From Candidatus Nomurabacteria bacterium UBA5155 (GTDB taxonomy: Bacteria > Patescibacteriota > Minisyncoccia > Phycocordibacterales > UBA9973), in NCBI GenBank assembly GCA_002413705.1, contig DHXN01000011.1, forward strand, positions 162-64,161: DNA of 64,000 nucleotides, given 5' to 3'. Both the position numbers and the translations under genes were made by a program. Positions 9,479 through 19,538 of this stretch are shown here, in pieces. Below the pieces are notes generated by a model. That model worked only from the letters and a program-made list of their open reading frames with translations. It was not told the origin of the DNA and made no database searches. The first letter of the stretch is position 1; each line of letters starts with the position of its first letter.

Positions 9479-10195
9479 ATGGAAAATATGGGATTAAACA
9501 ATGGATTTGAAAAACTAAAAGATGATGCAAAGAAGGTTGTTGCTGGGGCAGCGGTATTGGTGTCCATGGGAAGTCCTGCATTTGCTCAAAATACTACTGT
9601 TGAGAATGGGGAACATGCTAATACGATTGAAACAAAAGCATATGCCCAAGAGTCTGATAGTATTCTCTTAAAACAAATAACTAATATTGAAAAGCATTGG
9701 GAAGGACTATCAGATGGAAGGCGAGGAATTGATAATCCAAAAAGCTTCACTATCATTTCTCGATCTGAAATTGAAAAAACAATAAGTCCTTTTTCCTCTC
9801 CTTTAAATGATCGGTATGTGGCTCAGGATGTAATAACTGACTTAAGCGAGCATTATCAAATAACAAGCAGACAGGCAGCAGTTCAGCATGCATTTGATTC
9901 GGAACATTTGCTTGCTACCGAAGGATTCTCAAAAGATTCTCATTTTGAATATACCAAACCGGCATATTATTTTGTTATTGAAGAACAGGCCAATACCGAT
10001 GGGGGTGTAGAATTTGTCGCAAAAATGATTTCATTGGATAATAAAACCGCTGAAACCATTGGATCGGTAAAGACTGATAGTACTATCGACACCGTTGAAA
10101 AGGAAAATTTTTTTGATGACACAATTATTCCTACACTACGAGCAAGCATAGAAGAGAAAATAAAAGAATTAGGACTTGCAAGTCAAAAGCACTAA
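9479..10195 (+). CDS. Secreted hypothetical protein
   Basis: N-terminal hydrophobic segment ending AFAQ; no known domain. Confidence 0.55.
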   Translation: MENMGLNNGFEKLKDDAKKVVAGAAVLVSMGSPAFAQNTTVENGEHANTIETKAYAQESDSILLKQITNIEKHWEGLSDGRRGIDNPKSFTIISRSEIEKTISPFSSPLNDRYVAQDVITDLSEHYQITSRQAAVQHAFDSEHLLATEGFSKDSHFEYTKPAYYFVIEEQANTDGGVEFVAKMISLDNKTAETIGSVKTDSTIDTVEKENFFDDTIIPTLRASIEEKIKELGLASQKH

Positions 10196-10315
10196 TAAAC
10201 ACCTTAAGCGTAACCGGTAGTTATTCACTTTCCAGTTTTGCTATATAAGGCCGTACTTGGTAAAATGGGCGGGTAAGCCAAATGGCATTTTAATACTAAA
10301 ATAATCAATAAATAT

Positions 10316-10504
10316 ATGGAAAATCAAGAAGGACACTTTGAATTGAGCGAAAAACAGCAATTGCGGGAGAAATATGATTCATTGCAGATGAAGTATCTTG
10401 CGGCACTTGAAGTAGGTAATGACGCTGAGGTGTTGGAAATTAAAAGCGAAATGGATGAAGTTGCTAAGGAACTTGGAATAGACGAAGCGAAGCTTGCCGC
10501 GTAG
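10316..10504 (+). CDS. Small acidic helical protein (62 aa)
   Basis: ORF 2 nt upstream of rpiB; promoter-like TTGCTA-17-TAAAAT at ~10233-10262. Confidence 0.4.
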   Translation: MENQEGHFELSEKQQLREKYDSLQMKYLAALEVGNDAEVLEIKSEMDEVAKELGIDEAKLAA

Positions 10505-10506
10505 GT

Positions 10507-10959
10507 ATGATAATACATCTTGCCAGTGATCATGCCGGCTTTGAACATAAGGAAGCTGTGAAAGAATATCTTATCGCCCAAGGGCTTGAGGTTATTGATC
10601 ATGGGGCGGTGATGTTTGATGGCAGGGATGACTATCCGGATTTTATTGCGCCCGCTGCACAGGCAGTTGGTTTAAGTGGAGGACCGGAGATGAATACTGA
10701 TGTTGGTATTATTTTCGGCGCATCAGGACAAGGTGAAGCCATGGTGGCCAATCGCGTGCCGGGTGTGCGCGCTGCCGTGTACTATGGCGGACCAACCGAG
10801 ATCCTGACATTGTCACGAGCGCATAACAATGCTAACTTGCTATCGATCGGCGCGATGTTTGTCACTGTTGAAGAAGCGATCGCCGCTATCAGCATTTGGT
10901 CAGAAATTCCATTCTCAAATGACGAGCGCGACATTCGCCGCCTCTCAAAATTTAACTAA
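10507..10959 (+). CDS. rpiB: Ribose-5-phosphate isomerase B (RpiB/LacAB family)
   Basis: IHLASDHAGFE N-terminus, ANRVPGVRAA, RAHNNANLLSIGA motifs. Confidence 0.9.
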   Translation: MIIHLASDHAGFEHKEAVKEYLIAQGLEVIDHGAVMFDGRDDYPDFIAPAAQAVGLSGGPEMNTDVGIIFGASGQGEAMVANRVPGVRAAVYYGGPTEILTLSRAHNNANLLSIGAMFVTVEEAIAAISIWSEIPFSNDERDIRRLSKFN

Positions 10960-11684
10960 TGAACGATATCAAAATCACACCCGCAATATTGCCGCACTCA
11001 TACAAAGGAATTGAAATCCCCGTTGAACGAGTACTTGGTGCGGTCACTAATATTCAGATCGATATTGTCGATGGACATTTTTCGCCAAACCGAACCTGGC
11101 TTTTTAATAATAAAGATGAGGACACGCTTGAAGCTATTTATGAACAAGAAAAAGGCATGCCGTATTGGGAAGAATTGAATTATGAATTCGACTTGATGGT
11201 CAAAGACCCAGTCAAGGAAATGGAAATGTTTATTGCTCTGGGGCCGGCCAAAATGATTTTGCATGTAGAAGGACTTGAACAAGAAAAAACAGTTGCCTTT
11301 TTTGAGGGACTACCGGAAATTATTCGCAGTGCTATTGCCTTTGGTATTGCTATCAATATTGATACTGACCCGGTGGACATCGCGCCATATCTTCCCTATA
11401 TCGAAAGCATTCAATGCATGGGTATCAAGAATGTCGGCTATCAAGGACAAGTATTTGATGAAAGAGTGTTTGATCAAATTGAAAAAGTTCGTAGCATGTA
11501 TCCTGACAAATTTATCACCGTTGATGGAGGAGTATCTCTTGATAATGCCGCACAACTTGTCGAAGCTGGCGCAAGAGAACTTGTTATCGGTTCTGCACTC
11601 TTTCTCAATACTGATTCACGCGGTACAATAGATGCATTCAGACAGCTATGCAACAACGTGGTGATTTCACAATCAGGGAACTAG
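10959..11684 (+). CDS. rpe: Ribulose-phosphate 3-epimerase family
   Basis: DIVDGHFSPN and C-terminal VDGGVSL...GSALF TIM-barrel motifs. Confidence 0.8.
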   Translation: MNDIKITPAILPHSYKGIEIPVERVLGAVTNIQIDIVDGHFSPNRTWLFNNKDEDTLEAIYEQEKGMPYWEELNYEFDLMVKDPVKEMEMFIALGPAKMILHVEGLEQEKTVAFFEGLPEIIRSAIAFGIAINIDTDPVDIAPYLPYIESIQCMGIKNVGYQGQVFDERVFDQIEKVRSMYPDKFITVDGGVSLDNAAQLVEAGARELVIGSALFLNTDSRGTIDAFRQLCNNVVISQSGN

Positions 11685-12517
11685 AACTAAAAGCCAACGA
11701 TATCCGTCAGTCGATTATTTCAATGCTGCTCGAAGCGGGAAGTGGGCACACTGCCGGACCGCTTGGCATGTCCGACGTCTTCACTGCATTGTATTTTGAA
11801 TTACTTCGTCATGATCCTCAAAATCCCACATGGCCAGAACGCGATCGTCTTGTGCTTTCAAATGGACATATCTGTCCTGTCTTGTACGCCACCATGGCGC
11901 ACTCAGGATATTTCCCGGTAGAGGAATTACTCACGCTTCGCAAATTTGGGTCACGATTGCAAGGCCATCCGCATCGAGATTTCCTGCCATACTTGGAAAA
12001 CTCTTCCGGACCGCTTGGCTCCGGCCTTTCGCAGGCAGTCGGCATGGCGATTGCTGATCGCATGGACAATGGCGCAGCAACACCTCGGACAATATATTGT
12101 CTGCTTGGTGACGGCGAGCTCGATGAAGGTAATAACTGGGAAGCTATCATGCTGGGAGGAAAAGAAAAACTGCACAACTTGCTCGCAATCGTTGATCGCA
12201 ATAACATTCAGATCGACGGCTACACAGAAGATATCATGCCGCTTGATTCATTGAATGAAAAATGGGCAAGCTTCAATTGGCATGTCCAAGAAATTGATGG
12301 CAATAACATCCAGGCAGTGATAGATGCCGTGAACAAGGCAAAAGCTGTTTTTGAAAAACCCTCAGTCATCATCGCGCGTACCATTCCTGGCAAGGGCGTG
12401 AAGGAATTCGAACGAAAATTTGAATGGCACGGCAAGACACCCAACAAAGATGAAGCAAAGATGGCACTCGATGAACTTCGCACATTAGGAGGAAAAATTA
12501 AGAGTGAGCACCAATAG
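11648..12517 (+). CDS. Transketolase, N-terminal (TPP-binding) subunit (split tkt)
   Basis: GSGHTAGPLGMSDV, HPHRDFLPYLENSSGPLGSGL motifs. Confidence 0.9.
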   Translation: MQQRGDFTIRELELKANDIRQSIISMLLEAGSGHTAGPLGMSDVFTALYFELLRHDPQNPTWPERDRLVLSNGHICPVLYATMAHSGYFPVEELLTLRKFGSRLQGHPHRDFLPYLENSSGPLGSGLSQAVGMAIADRMDNGAATPRTIYCLLGDGELDEGNNWEAIMLGGKEKLHNLLAIVDRNNIQIDGYTEDIMPLDSLNEKWASFNWHVQEIDGNNIQAVIDAVNKAKAVFEKPSVIIARTIPGKGVKEFERKFEWHGKTPNKDEAKMALDELRTLGGKIKSEHQ

Positions 12518-13511
12518 TATGTTAAATGCTGAATTAAAACTGAATGTAAAGATTTTCTCTGACGATGTCGAGCAGATGCCGATTCGCAAGGGATTTGGTG
12601 AAGGTTTGGCACAAGCCGGGGAGAGTAATAAAAATATCGTGGCATTGTGCGCAGACCTGACCGAATCGACGCAAATACATATCTTCAAAGGAAAGTTTCC
12701 TGAGCGCTTCGTGGAAATTGGTGTGGCGGAACAAAATTTGGCAGCAGTGGCTTCTGGCATGGCTGCCATGGGCAAGTATCCATTCTTCTCTTCGTATGCC
12801 ATGTTCAACCCAGGCAGAAATTGGGAACAGATTCGTACCACTATTTGTTATAATGATCGCCCTGCTGTCATTGTGGGTAGTCATGCTGGCGTCTCAGTCG
12901 GACCTGATGGCGGCACGCATCAAGCTATCGAAGATATTGCCATCACTCGCGTGCTGCCAAACATGACAGTGATTTCTCCTTGTGATGCAATCCAGGCAAA
13001 AAAGGCAACACTTGCACTATCTGCAGCTCCTCGCATTGCATACCTTCGTCTTGCTCGTGAGAAAACGCCGATCATCACTACTGAAGAAACATCATTTGAA
13101 ATTGGCAAAGGACAAATTTTATACAGACCCGATGGGATTGCTCAGGTAGCGATTATTGCGACGGGCGCGCTTGTTGCCAATGCACTTCGCGCTGCAAAAG
13201 ATTTAGATAAGAAAGGCGTAAGAGTGATCGTGGCAAATATTCATACCATCAAACCTATTGATACTGAATTACTCGTGCAGTTGGCAAAAGAAACTAAAGC
13301 CATTGTGTCAGTGGAAGAACATCAGGTTGCAGGTGGACTCGGCAGTGTCATTGCAGAAACGCTTGCGAAAATATATCCCGTGGCAATGGAATTCATCGGT
13401 GTCCAAGATCGTTTTGGTCAGTCAGGCACGCCACAAGAACTTATTGAAAAATACGGCATGGGTCAGGATGCCATCACTGCAGCAGTCGTAAAAATTATTG
13501 ATCGCAAATAA
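12504..13511 (+). CDS. Transketolase, C-terminal (pyrimidine-binding) subunit
   Basis: FVEIGVAEQNLAAVASGMA motif; overlaps N-subunit by 14 nt. Confidence 0.9.
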   Translation: MSTNSMLNAELKLNVKIFSDDVEQMPIRKGFGEGLAQAGESNKNIVALCADLTESTQIHIFKGKFPERFVEIGVAEQNLAAVASGMAAMGKYPFFSSYAMFNPGRNWEQIRTTICYNDRPAVIVGSHAGVSVGPDGGTHQAIEDIAITRVLPNMTVISPCDAIQAKKATLALSAAPRIAYLRLAREKTPIITTEETSFEIGKGQILYRPDGIAQVAIIATGALVANALRAAKDLDKKGVRVIVANIHTIKPIDTELLVQLAKETKAIVSVEEHQVAGGLGSVIAETLAKIYPVAMEFIGVQDRFGQSGTPQELIEKYGMGQDAITAAVVKIIDRK

Positions 13512-13513
13512 AT

Positions 13514-14551
13514 TTATATTTGTTTTGGCTGATAGTCTGCCGGAGCATTCATTAGATATTGATTGAGAGCTTCAGTGGTTAGCAAGCCTTTTTGCGCGCC
13601 GACATACTGCACGACCGACATAGAATTGATTGGTCCCCAACGCAATGCTTCAGAAAGTGATTTGCCCATCAAGAGTGCGGCGGAGACTGTCGATGCAAAA
13701 GCATCACCTGCACCGGTACGTTCGTAGGGGTCATGAGGATAGATTTCCATAAACCACAACTCAGTACCGTCAGATGCATACGCACCTTTGATACTGTCAG
13801 TGATAAAGACGAGTTTTGGTCCAAGCGCATGTAAGGCTTTTGCCAAATCCTTCACTTTCTCAGCAGCAGGCTTTTCCATATTTGCAGCAGGATATGCCGT
13901 GATTAGCTCTGCTTCTTCTAAATTACAGAAAAATGCATATGTGTTGGCATAAATATCTTTTAATACCTCTATACCAAGCTTTATTTGAAATGTGCCTGGT
14001 TGAAAGACCACTTTCATTTCAGGATGTTCTTTTATAAATGTAGCAATTTCGTGATGATAGGCTTCGGTATGGTCACCCAGTGAAGACAAATAGAGCATTT
14101 TTGGCGCCGTAGGAATGAGCGGCATAGAAACAGGAAACGCCGCGTGCTTTACGAGGATCGTGCGTTCAACACCATACCAAAGTACATAATGATAGTTTGT
14201 TGAAAAACCTTCATTGGTAAATATATATTGTGTCTGTACATTATTTTTTTTCAGTTCTTCCACACATGCTGCACCTTGTAAATCTTTTCCAATGTGCGCG
14301 AGCAGCGCACTTTTCAAACCAAATCGCGCAGCTGCCACGGCGGCATTGGCACTATTTCCCACAGCTTTTATTTCTTCCATTGATTCATAAGGAACCTTGT
14401 CACCATATTTGAAACAGAGCATCTGATTTGATCCGTCTGCATCCGCCGTTACTTTTGCATCGTTTACTCTGATAAAAGCATCGGTCACGATATCGCCGAT
14501 AGCGAGGAAATCCAGCTGCAAATTTGTTTCGGGGTTTGTTTGATTGTCCAT
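13514..14551 (-). CDS. PfkB-family carbohydrate kinase
   Basis: Ribokinase-like fold with TGAGDAF signature. Confidence 0.85.
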   Translation of the reverse strand: MDNQTNPETNLQLDFLAIGDIVTDAFIRVNDAKVTADADGSNQMLCFKYGDKVPYESMEEIKAVGNSANAAVAAARFGLKSALLAHIGKDLQGAACVEELKKNNVQTQYIFTNEGFSTNYHYVLWYGVERTILVKHAAFPVSMPLIPTAPKMLYLSSLGDHTEAYHHEIATFIKEHPEMKVVFQPGTFQIKLGIEVLKDIYANTYAFFCNLEEAELITAYPAANMEKPAAEKVKDLAKALHALGPKLVFITDSIKGAYASDGTELWFMEIYPHDPYERTGAGDAFASTVSAALLMGKSLSEALRWGPINSMSVVQYVGAQKGLLTTEALNQYLMNAPADYQPKQI

Positions 14552-14569
14552 ATGTTACAATTGTAACAT
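14552..14569. promoter_or_regulatory. Perfect 18-bp palindrome ATGTTACAATTGTAACAT (candidate operator)
   Basis: Exact reverse-complement symmetry; fills the gap between the divergent start codons. Confidence 0.4.
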
Positions 14570-15434
14570 GAATACTTTAAAGGAATATCTGGCACAAGTG
14601 CGCAATGAGAAGAAGGCTATTGGTCATTTTAATTTTTCGAATATTGAAGGTTTGTATGCCATTGCCCGAGCGGCAAAAGCTCTCGGTGTTCCGGTCATCG
14701 TAGGTACGGCTGAAGGTGAAGAAGAAGCGGTAGGCACAAAAGAAGCAGTTGCATTGGTGAAAATCATTCGCGAGGATTGGCAAATTCCAATATTCTTGAA
14801 TGCTGACCATCATTACAGTTTTGCCGCAGTGAAAGCGTGCATTGATGCTGGCTATGACAGTGTGATTTATGATGGCGCGAAACTGACATTTGAAGAAAAT
14901 GTTGCTATCTCAAAACAGTGCGTGGAGTATGCTCGACAAGTTAGTGCTGCAACGGGTCGAGAAATTCTGGTAGAAGTAGAAATTGGCTACATTGGCGAAG
15001 GCTCAAAATTGCGTGATGTTGCCCCAGAGGGACTGAGTGCCGTGACGAGTCCTGAAGAAGCCAAACTATTTTTGGAGCAAACTGGCGCTGACATGCTCGC
15101 TCCTGCGGTCGGCAACTTCCACGGCATGTTGAAGACCGCTGAAAAACCACGACTTCATATTGATACTATCCAAGGCATTGCAGCAATTACCGACAAGCCT
15201 CTCGTATTGCATGGTGGCAGTGGGGAAGAAGCGGACTTTGCTGCCGCTATTGATGCTGGCATCAACATCATCCATGTGAACACCGAACTTCGCCGTGCCT
15301 TCACCGGTGCCATCCGCGATTTCCTTGCCAAAAACCCCGACGAAATCGCACCCTACAAATACACTGCGCCCGCATCACTCGCTATGGAAGCTGTCGTGAC
15401 AGAAAAATTAAAAATTTTCAGTCGAATGCAGTAA
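14568..15434 (+). CDS. fba: Class II fructose-bisphosphate aldolase family
   Basis: MNTLKEYL...GHFNF N-terminus, LVLHGGSG motif; ATG 14568 preferred over TTG 14544. Confidence 0.85.
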   Translation: MNTLKEYLAQVRNEKKAIGHFNFSNIEGLYAIARAAKALGVPVIVGTAEGEEEAVGTKEAVALVKIIREDWQIPIFLNADHHYSFAAVKACIDAGYDSVIYDGAKLTFEENVAISKQCVEYARQVSAATGREILVEVEIGYIGEGSKLRDVAPEGLSAVTSPEEAKLFLEQTGADMLAPAVGNFHGMLKTAEKPRLHIDTIQGIAAITDKPLVLHGGSGEEADFAAAIDAGINIIHVNTELRRAFTGAIRDFLAKNPDEIAPYKYTAPASLAMEAVVTEKLKIFSRMQ

Positions 15435-15436
15435 TT

Positions 15437-17101
15437 ATGGTAAACGTTTCAGACCTACAAAAAAATGTGAATGGGGAAGTGATGGCTGATGATGCGACAT
15501 TGGTGAAGTATTCGAGAGATGCGAGTTTGTTTGAGGTGCGACCGGAAGCGGTGGTATTTCCGAAAGATGCTAGTGATGTGGAAGCAGTGGTGAAATACGT
15601 GGCAGAACACAAAGCAAATGATCCAACTATTTCTGTGACGGCCAGATCTGCAGGTACTGACATGTCAGGCGGGCCATTGAACGAAAGTATCATCATGGAC
15701 TTCACGAAGTACATGGGTGCGCTTATTTCTATCGATGACAACAAAGGCATTGCCCAGCCAGGCTTGTATTATCGTGATTTTGAAAAGGAAACATTGAAGC
15801 GTCAGCGTATTTTGCCGTCATATACCGCATCAAAGGATTTGAATACTGTCGGTGGTATGAATGCCAACAATTCCGGTGGGGAAAAGTCCATCAAATATGG
15901 CAAAACTGAACGCTATGTCTTGCGACAAAAAGTGGTGCTTTCAGACGGAAAGGAATACAACATTTTCCCTTTGAACAAAGAACAGCTTGATGCAAAAATG
16001 GCGCAAGGTGATTTCGAAGGAAATGTATATAAGCAGATTTATGATCTGATCGACATGCACTATGACGAGATCGAAGCAGCTAAGCCGCATGTTTCAAAAA
16101 ATTCTGCCGGATATTATTTGTGGAATGTTTGGGACAAGGAAAAAGGTATGTTTGATTTGAATAAATTGATTTGTGGATCGCAAGGGACATTGGCTATGAC
16201 AACGGAAGTAGAACTCGGTCTCGTGCCAGTGCCAAAGTTCTCAAAAATGGTTGTCATGTATCTTCCCACTATCGATCGTCTTGGCGAAGTGGTGGATGTG
16301 GTCATGAAATACAATCCCGAAAGTTTTGAATCATACGATGACTACAGCATGAAGCTGGCGATTAAGTTTTCTTTTGATTTCTTTTCACAACTAGGATTTT
16401 GGGGTGCGATCAAACTCGGTATTCAATTTATTCCCGACATCTGGAAGATTATCACTGGTGGCATACCAAAACTAATTCTGATGATAGAGGTCACTGGAGA
16501 TGATGAGAAAAAAGTTTTGGCGCAAGCTGACGAGATTAAACAGGCAGTGAAGCTGTTTAAATACAATACTCACGTGGCACGCAGTGCAGCCGAAGTTGAA
16601 AAATACTGGAAGATTCGTCGCGAGAGTTTCAATCTGCTTCGCAAACATGTGAAGGGAAAGCAAACAGCGCCGTTCATCGATGACATTATTGTTGATCCTC
16701 ATCAAATGCCAAAATTTCTCCCTGAGCTTGAGGCTATACTTTCGCAATATAAACTTATCTACACCATTGCTGGACATGCCGGAAATGGCAACTTTCACAT
16801 CATTCCTTTGATGGATCTGAACAATCCTATTTCGAGCGATATCATCTTGGAGCTTTCTAAAAAAGTGTACACACTGGTGACTGACTTTGGTGGTTCCATC
16901 ACCGCAGAACATAATGATGGCATTATTCGCACACCATTTCTCTCATATATGTATAAGCCGGACATTATCCAGTATTTCCAAAAAGTGAAAGATATCTTTG
17001 ACCCTCACAATATCTTCAACCCTGGCAAAAAAGTCGGCGGTTCGTTTGATTACATCAAGTCGCACCTTGTTCAATCTCACAACGTAGAACACGGCTCATA
17101 A
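15437..17101 (+). CDS. FAD-linked oxidase (GlcD/D-lactate dehydrogenase-like)
   Basis: FAD-binding PCMH domain (ARSAGTDMSGGPL) plus C-terminal oxidase domain. Confidence 0.8.
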   Translation: MVNVSDLQKNVNGEVMADDATLVKYSRDASLFEVRPEAVVFPKDASDVEAVVKYVAEHKANDPTISVTARSAGTDMSGGPLNESIIMDFTKYMGALISIDDNKGIAQPGLYYRDFEKETLKRQRILPSYTASKDLNTVGGMNANNSGGEKSIKYGKTERYVLRQKVVLSDGKEYNIFPLNKEQLDAKMAQGDFEGNVYKQIYDLIDMHYDEIEAAKPHVSKNSAGYYLWNVWDKEKGMFDLNKLICGSQGTLAMTTEVELGLVPVPKFSKMVVMYLPTIDRLGEVVDVVMKYNPESFESYDDYSMKLAIKFSFDFFSQLGFWGAIKLGIQFIPDIWKIITGGIPKLILMIEVTGDDEKKVLAQADEIKQAVKLFKYNTHVARSAAEVEKYWKIRRESFNLLRKHVKGKQTAPFIDDIIVDPHQMPKFLPELEAILSQYKLIYTIAGHAGNGNFHIIPLMDLNNPISSDIILELSKKVYTLVTDFGGSITAEHNDGIIRTPFLSYMYKPDIIQYFQKVKDIFDPHNIFNPGKKVGGSFDYIKSHLVQSHNVEHGS

Positions 17102-17149
17102 ATAAGGCAATTCTTGCGTATTTTGTGATTTTCAGTATACTAAGTGCCT

Positions 17150-17767
17150 ATGATTACCCTAGAAGCAAAGCAACGCACAGGTTCTCCAGCAGAACTTCGT
17201 GAACAAGACATGATCCCAGCTGTGTACTATGGCGCCGGAAAGGACGCTGTATCTATTTCAGTTAATGCAAAAGAGTTTACAAAAGTATTGAAAGAAGCGG
17301 GGGAAACTACTGCAGTTATTCTTACTATTGGTGGTGAAAAGATCAGTACTATCATCCATGACATGCAGCACAACCATATTACTGGTGTTGTTACTCATGT
17401 GGACTTCTTGATCATCGACATGAAGAAAGAAATCGAAGTGTCTGTACCGCTTGAATTCACCGGTCTTGCAGAGGCTGAAAAGAACGGTCTCGGCACACTG
17501 ACAAAGGCCATGCACGAAGTTCAAGTGTCTGCACTTCCTGCAAACTTGCCACACAACTTTGAAATTGATGTCACAAGCCTTGCTACACTTGAAGATCAAA
17601 TTCGTGTCAAAGACATCAAACTGCCAAAAGGCGTGACGATGATCACTGACGGCGAAGACGTTATTGCAATGATCGCTCACTTCGTTGAAGAAGTAGAAGA
17701 AGCTCCAGCACTCGACCTCTCTGCTATTGAAGTAGAAAAGAAAGGCAAGACGGAAGACGAAGAATAA
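17150..17767 (+). CDS. rplY: 50S ribosomal protein L25/general stress protein Ctc
   Basis: MITLEAKQRT...; TATACT -10 at 17136-17141 directly precedes ATG (leaderless). Confidence 0.85.
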   Translation: MITLEAKQRTGSPAELREQDMIPAVYYGAGKDAVSISVNAKEFTKVLKEAGETTAVILTIGGEKISTIIHDMQHNHITGVVTHVDFLIIDMKKEIEVSVPLEFTGLAEAEKNGLGTLTKAMHEVQVSALPANLPHNFEIDVTSLATLEDQIRVKDIKLPKGVTMITDGEDVIAMIAHFVEEVEEAPALDLSAIEVEKKGKTEDEE

Positions 17768-17797
17768 GATTTCTGGTATAATAGGAATCTTATTGTT

Positions 17798-19213
17798 ATG
17801 CACAAAAAGCAATCAAAAAAAACACCTAAACATATACTCGGTCTCGTTTTAATACTATTATTTAGTATTGCGCCTATTGTTGACGCGCAGACAGCCTCTG
17901 CTACACCGGCTGTATGTACCAACCCAAGCAGTGCCGATATTGCTCAAGCTTGTGCTGATTATGCCGCAGAAAACAAGGTATTAGCGCAACTTCAGACTCA
18001 ATTGACGCAACAAAAAAACAAAAGTGGTTCATTGCAAAAAAACGTTAATGCTCTAGTGTCTCAAATTACCAACACACAATCAAAAATTTCTGGTGAAATT
18101 AACACCATCAACAGTCTCAGTCTACAAATCACTCAAAAACAAAGAGCAGTGGGGGATTTGAACGCTCAACTTGATCGTGAAAACGCTTCAATGGCTCAGC
18201 TCATCACTCACACTGATGAAATTGACCAAAAGGGAGCAGTATATGTGTTATTGAGTGCCAATTCCATTTCTAATTTCTATCAAGATCTTGATGATTTCTT
18301 TTCTATTAAACAATCGCTGTATTCAACATTGAATCGTGTGAAGCAAATTAAAACCACTACTCAAGGACAAGAACAACAATTGCAAGATGCGCAATCTCAA
18401 GCACTTGATGCCAAAAATGCATTGCAACAGCAAAAGAGTCAGCTTGCGACTTCACAACAACAAGTGCGACAACTTTTAAATACCAGTAAATCACAGGAAC
18501 AAACAGTGTCGACATTGGTTAAGCAGCAACAAGCAAAAGTCGCGGCAATTCAAAGCAAACTCTTCACTTTTGCCGGGGGCGCCACAAGCTCCATTCCATT
18601 TAGTCAGGCATATGCGTACGCTACCGCTGCTCAAAATTCTACAGGGGTCAGTGCCGCCTTTGTGCTTGCTATTCTTACACAAGAATCAAATCTTGGTAAA
18701 AATGTGGGAACATGTAACCGTCCTACTGATCCTCCTTCAAAAAGCTATACCAATATTATGCCGGGACCAACACAGAAGACATCAGGTGCATCTTCTCGCG
18801 ATGATCAGACAGCATTTTTAAAAATTACCAGCGCATTGGGTCTCAATCCAAACACCACACCATTGTCATGTCCGAGCGGCGGTGGTTGGGGCGGCGCTAT
18901 GGGTCCTGCGCAGTTTATCCCAACGACGTGGTTGTTGATTGCTCCACGAGTAGCATCTGCGTTAGGAGAATCTGCTGCCAATCCTTGGAATGCTCGCGAT
19001 GCGATTATGGCATCTGCCATTTATCTTGGAGATCGAGGAGCAAGCAGTGACCCGACAGCAGAGCGAAATGCGGCTTGTAAATATTACTCAGGACGCGCTT
19101 GCGACGGCAGGGCTCCGGCAAACAGTTTCTATGGTAACAGTGTGATGGCACTGACTCGCAGTATCCAAGCTGATATTGACTATTTGGTACAATATGGTGT
19201 TTCTAGACGTTAA
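17798..19213 (+). CDS. Secreted coiled-coil protein with C-terminal MltB/SLT_2-like lytic transglycosylase domain
   Basis: Signal peptide; Q-rich heptad region; TQESNLG catalytic Glu region and GPAQFIPTTW motif. Confidence 0.7.
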   Translation: MHKKQSKKTPKHILGLVLILLFSIAPIVDAQTASATPAVCTNPSSADIAQACADYAAENKVLAQLQTQLTQQKNKSGSLQKNVNALVSQITNTQSKISGEINTINSLSLQITQKQRAVGDLNAQLDRENASMAQLITHTDEIDQKGAVYVLLSANSISNFYQDLDDFFSIKQSLYSTLNRVKQIKTTTQGQEQQLQDAQSQALDAKNALQQQKSQLATSQQQVRQLLNTSKSQEQTVSTLVKQQQAKVAAIQSKLFTFAGGATSSIPFSQAYAYATAAQNSTGVSAAFVLAILTQESNLGKNVGTCNRPTDPPSKSYTNIMPGPTQKTSGASSRDDQTAFLKITSALGLNPNTTPLSCPSGGGWGGAMGPAQFIPTTWLLIAPRVASALGESAANPWNARDAIMASAIYLGDRGASSDPTAERNAACKYYSGRACDGRAPANSFYGNSVMALTRSIQADIDYLVQYGVSRR

Positions 19214-19222
19214 GTCGGACAC

Positions 19223-19250
19223 TTGAAATCCTTTTAATCTATGCTACAAT
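19223..19250 (+). promoter_or_regulatory. rpmE promoter TTGAAA-16-TACAAT, leaderless
   Basis: -10 ends 9 nt before ATG 19260. Confidence 0.45.
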
Positions 19251-19259
19251 AGACCAACT

Positions 19260-19532
19260 ATGAAAAAAGACATTCATCCAAAGAACTTTCGCGACGTGGT
19301 ATTTCACGATAACTCATCAGATGCTGAGTTTGTTATTGCGTCAACAGTTAAAACCACAGAAACCATCACCAAAGACGGTAAGGAGTATCCTTTGTTCCGT
19401 GTAGAAATTTCAAGTGCTTCACACCCGTTTTATACCGGTACTGAAAAGGTGATTGATACTGCCGGACGTGTTGATCGCTTCAAGCGTCGCGCTGCTGCTT
19501 CTTCTGCAGCGTCTACTTCTGCAAAGAAGTAA
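19260..19532 (+). CDS. rpmE: 50S ribosomal protein L31 (type B, no Zn ribbon)
   Basis: MKKDIHPK start, C-terminal GRVDRFKRR. Confidence 0.9.
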   Translation: MKKDIHPKNFRDVVFHDNSSDAEFVIASTVKTTETITKDGKEYPLFRVEISSASHPFYTGTEKVIDTAGRVDRFKRRAAASSAASTSAKK

Positions 19533-19538
19533 CTCGTT

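Noticed and set aside
17258-17812. 184-aa minus-strand ORF
   Set aside because: Antisense shadow of rplY with implausible composition
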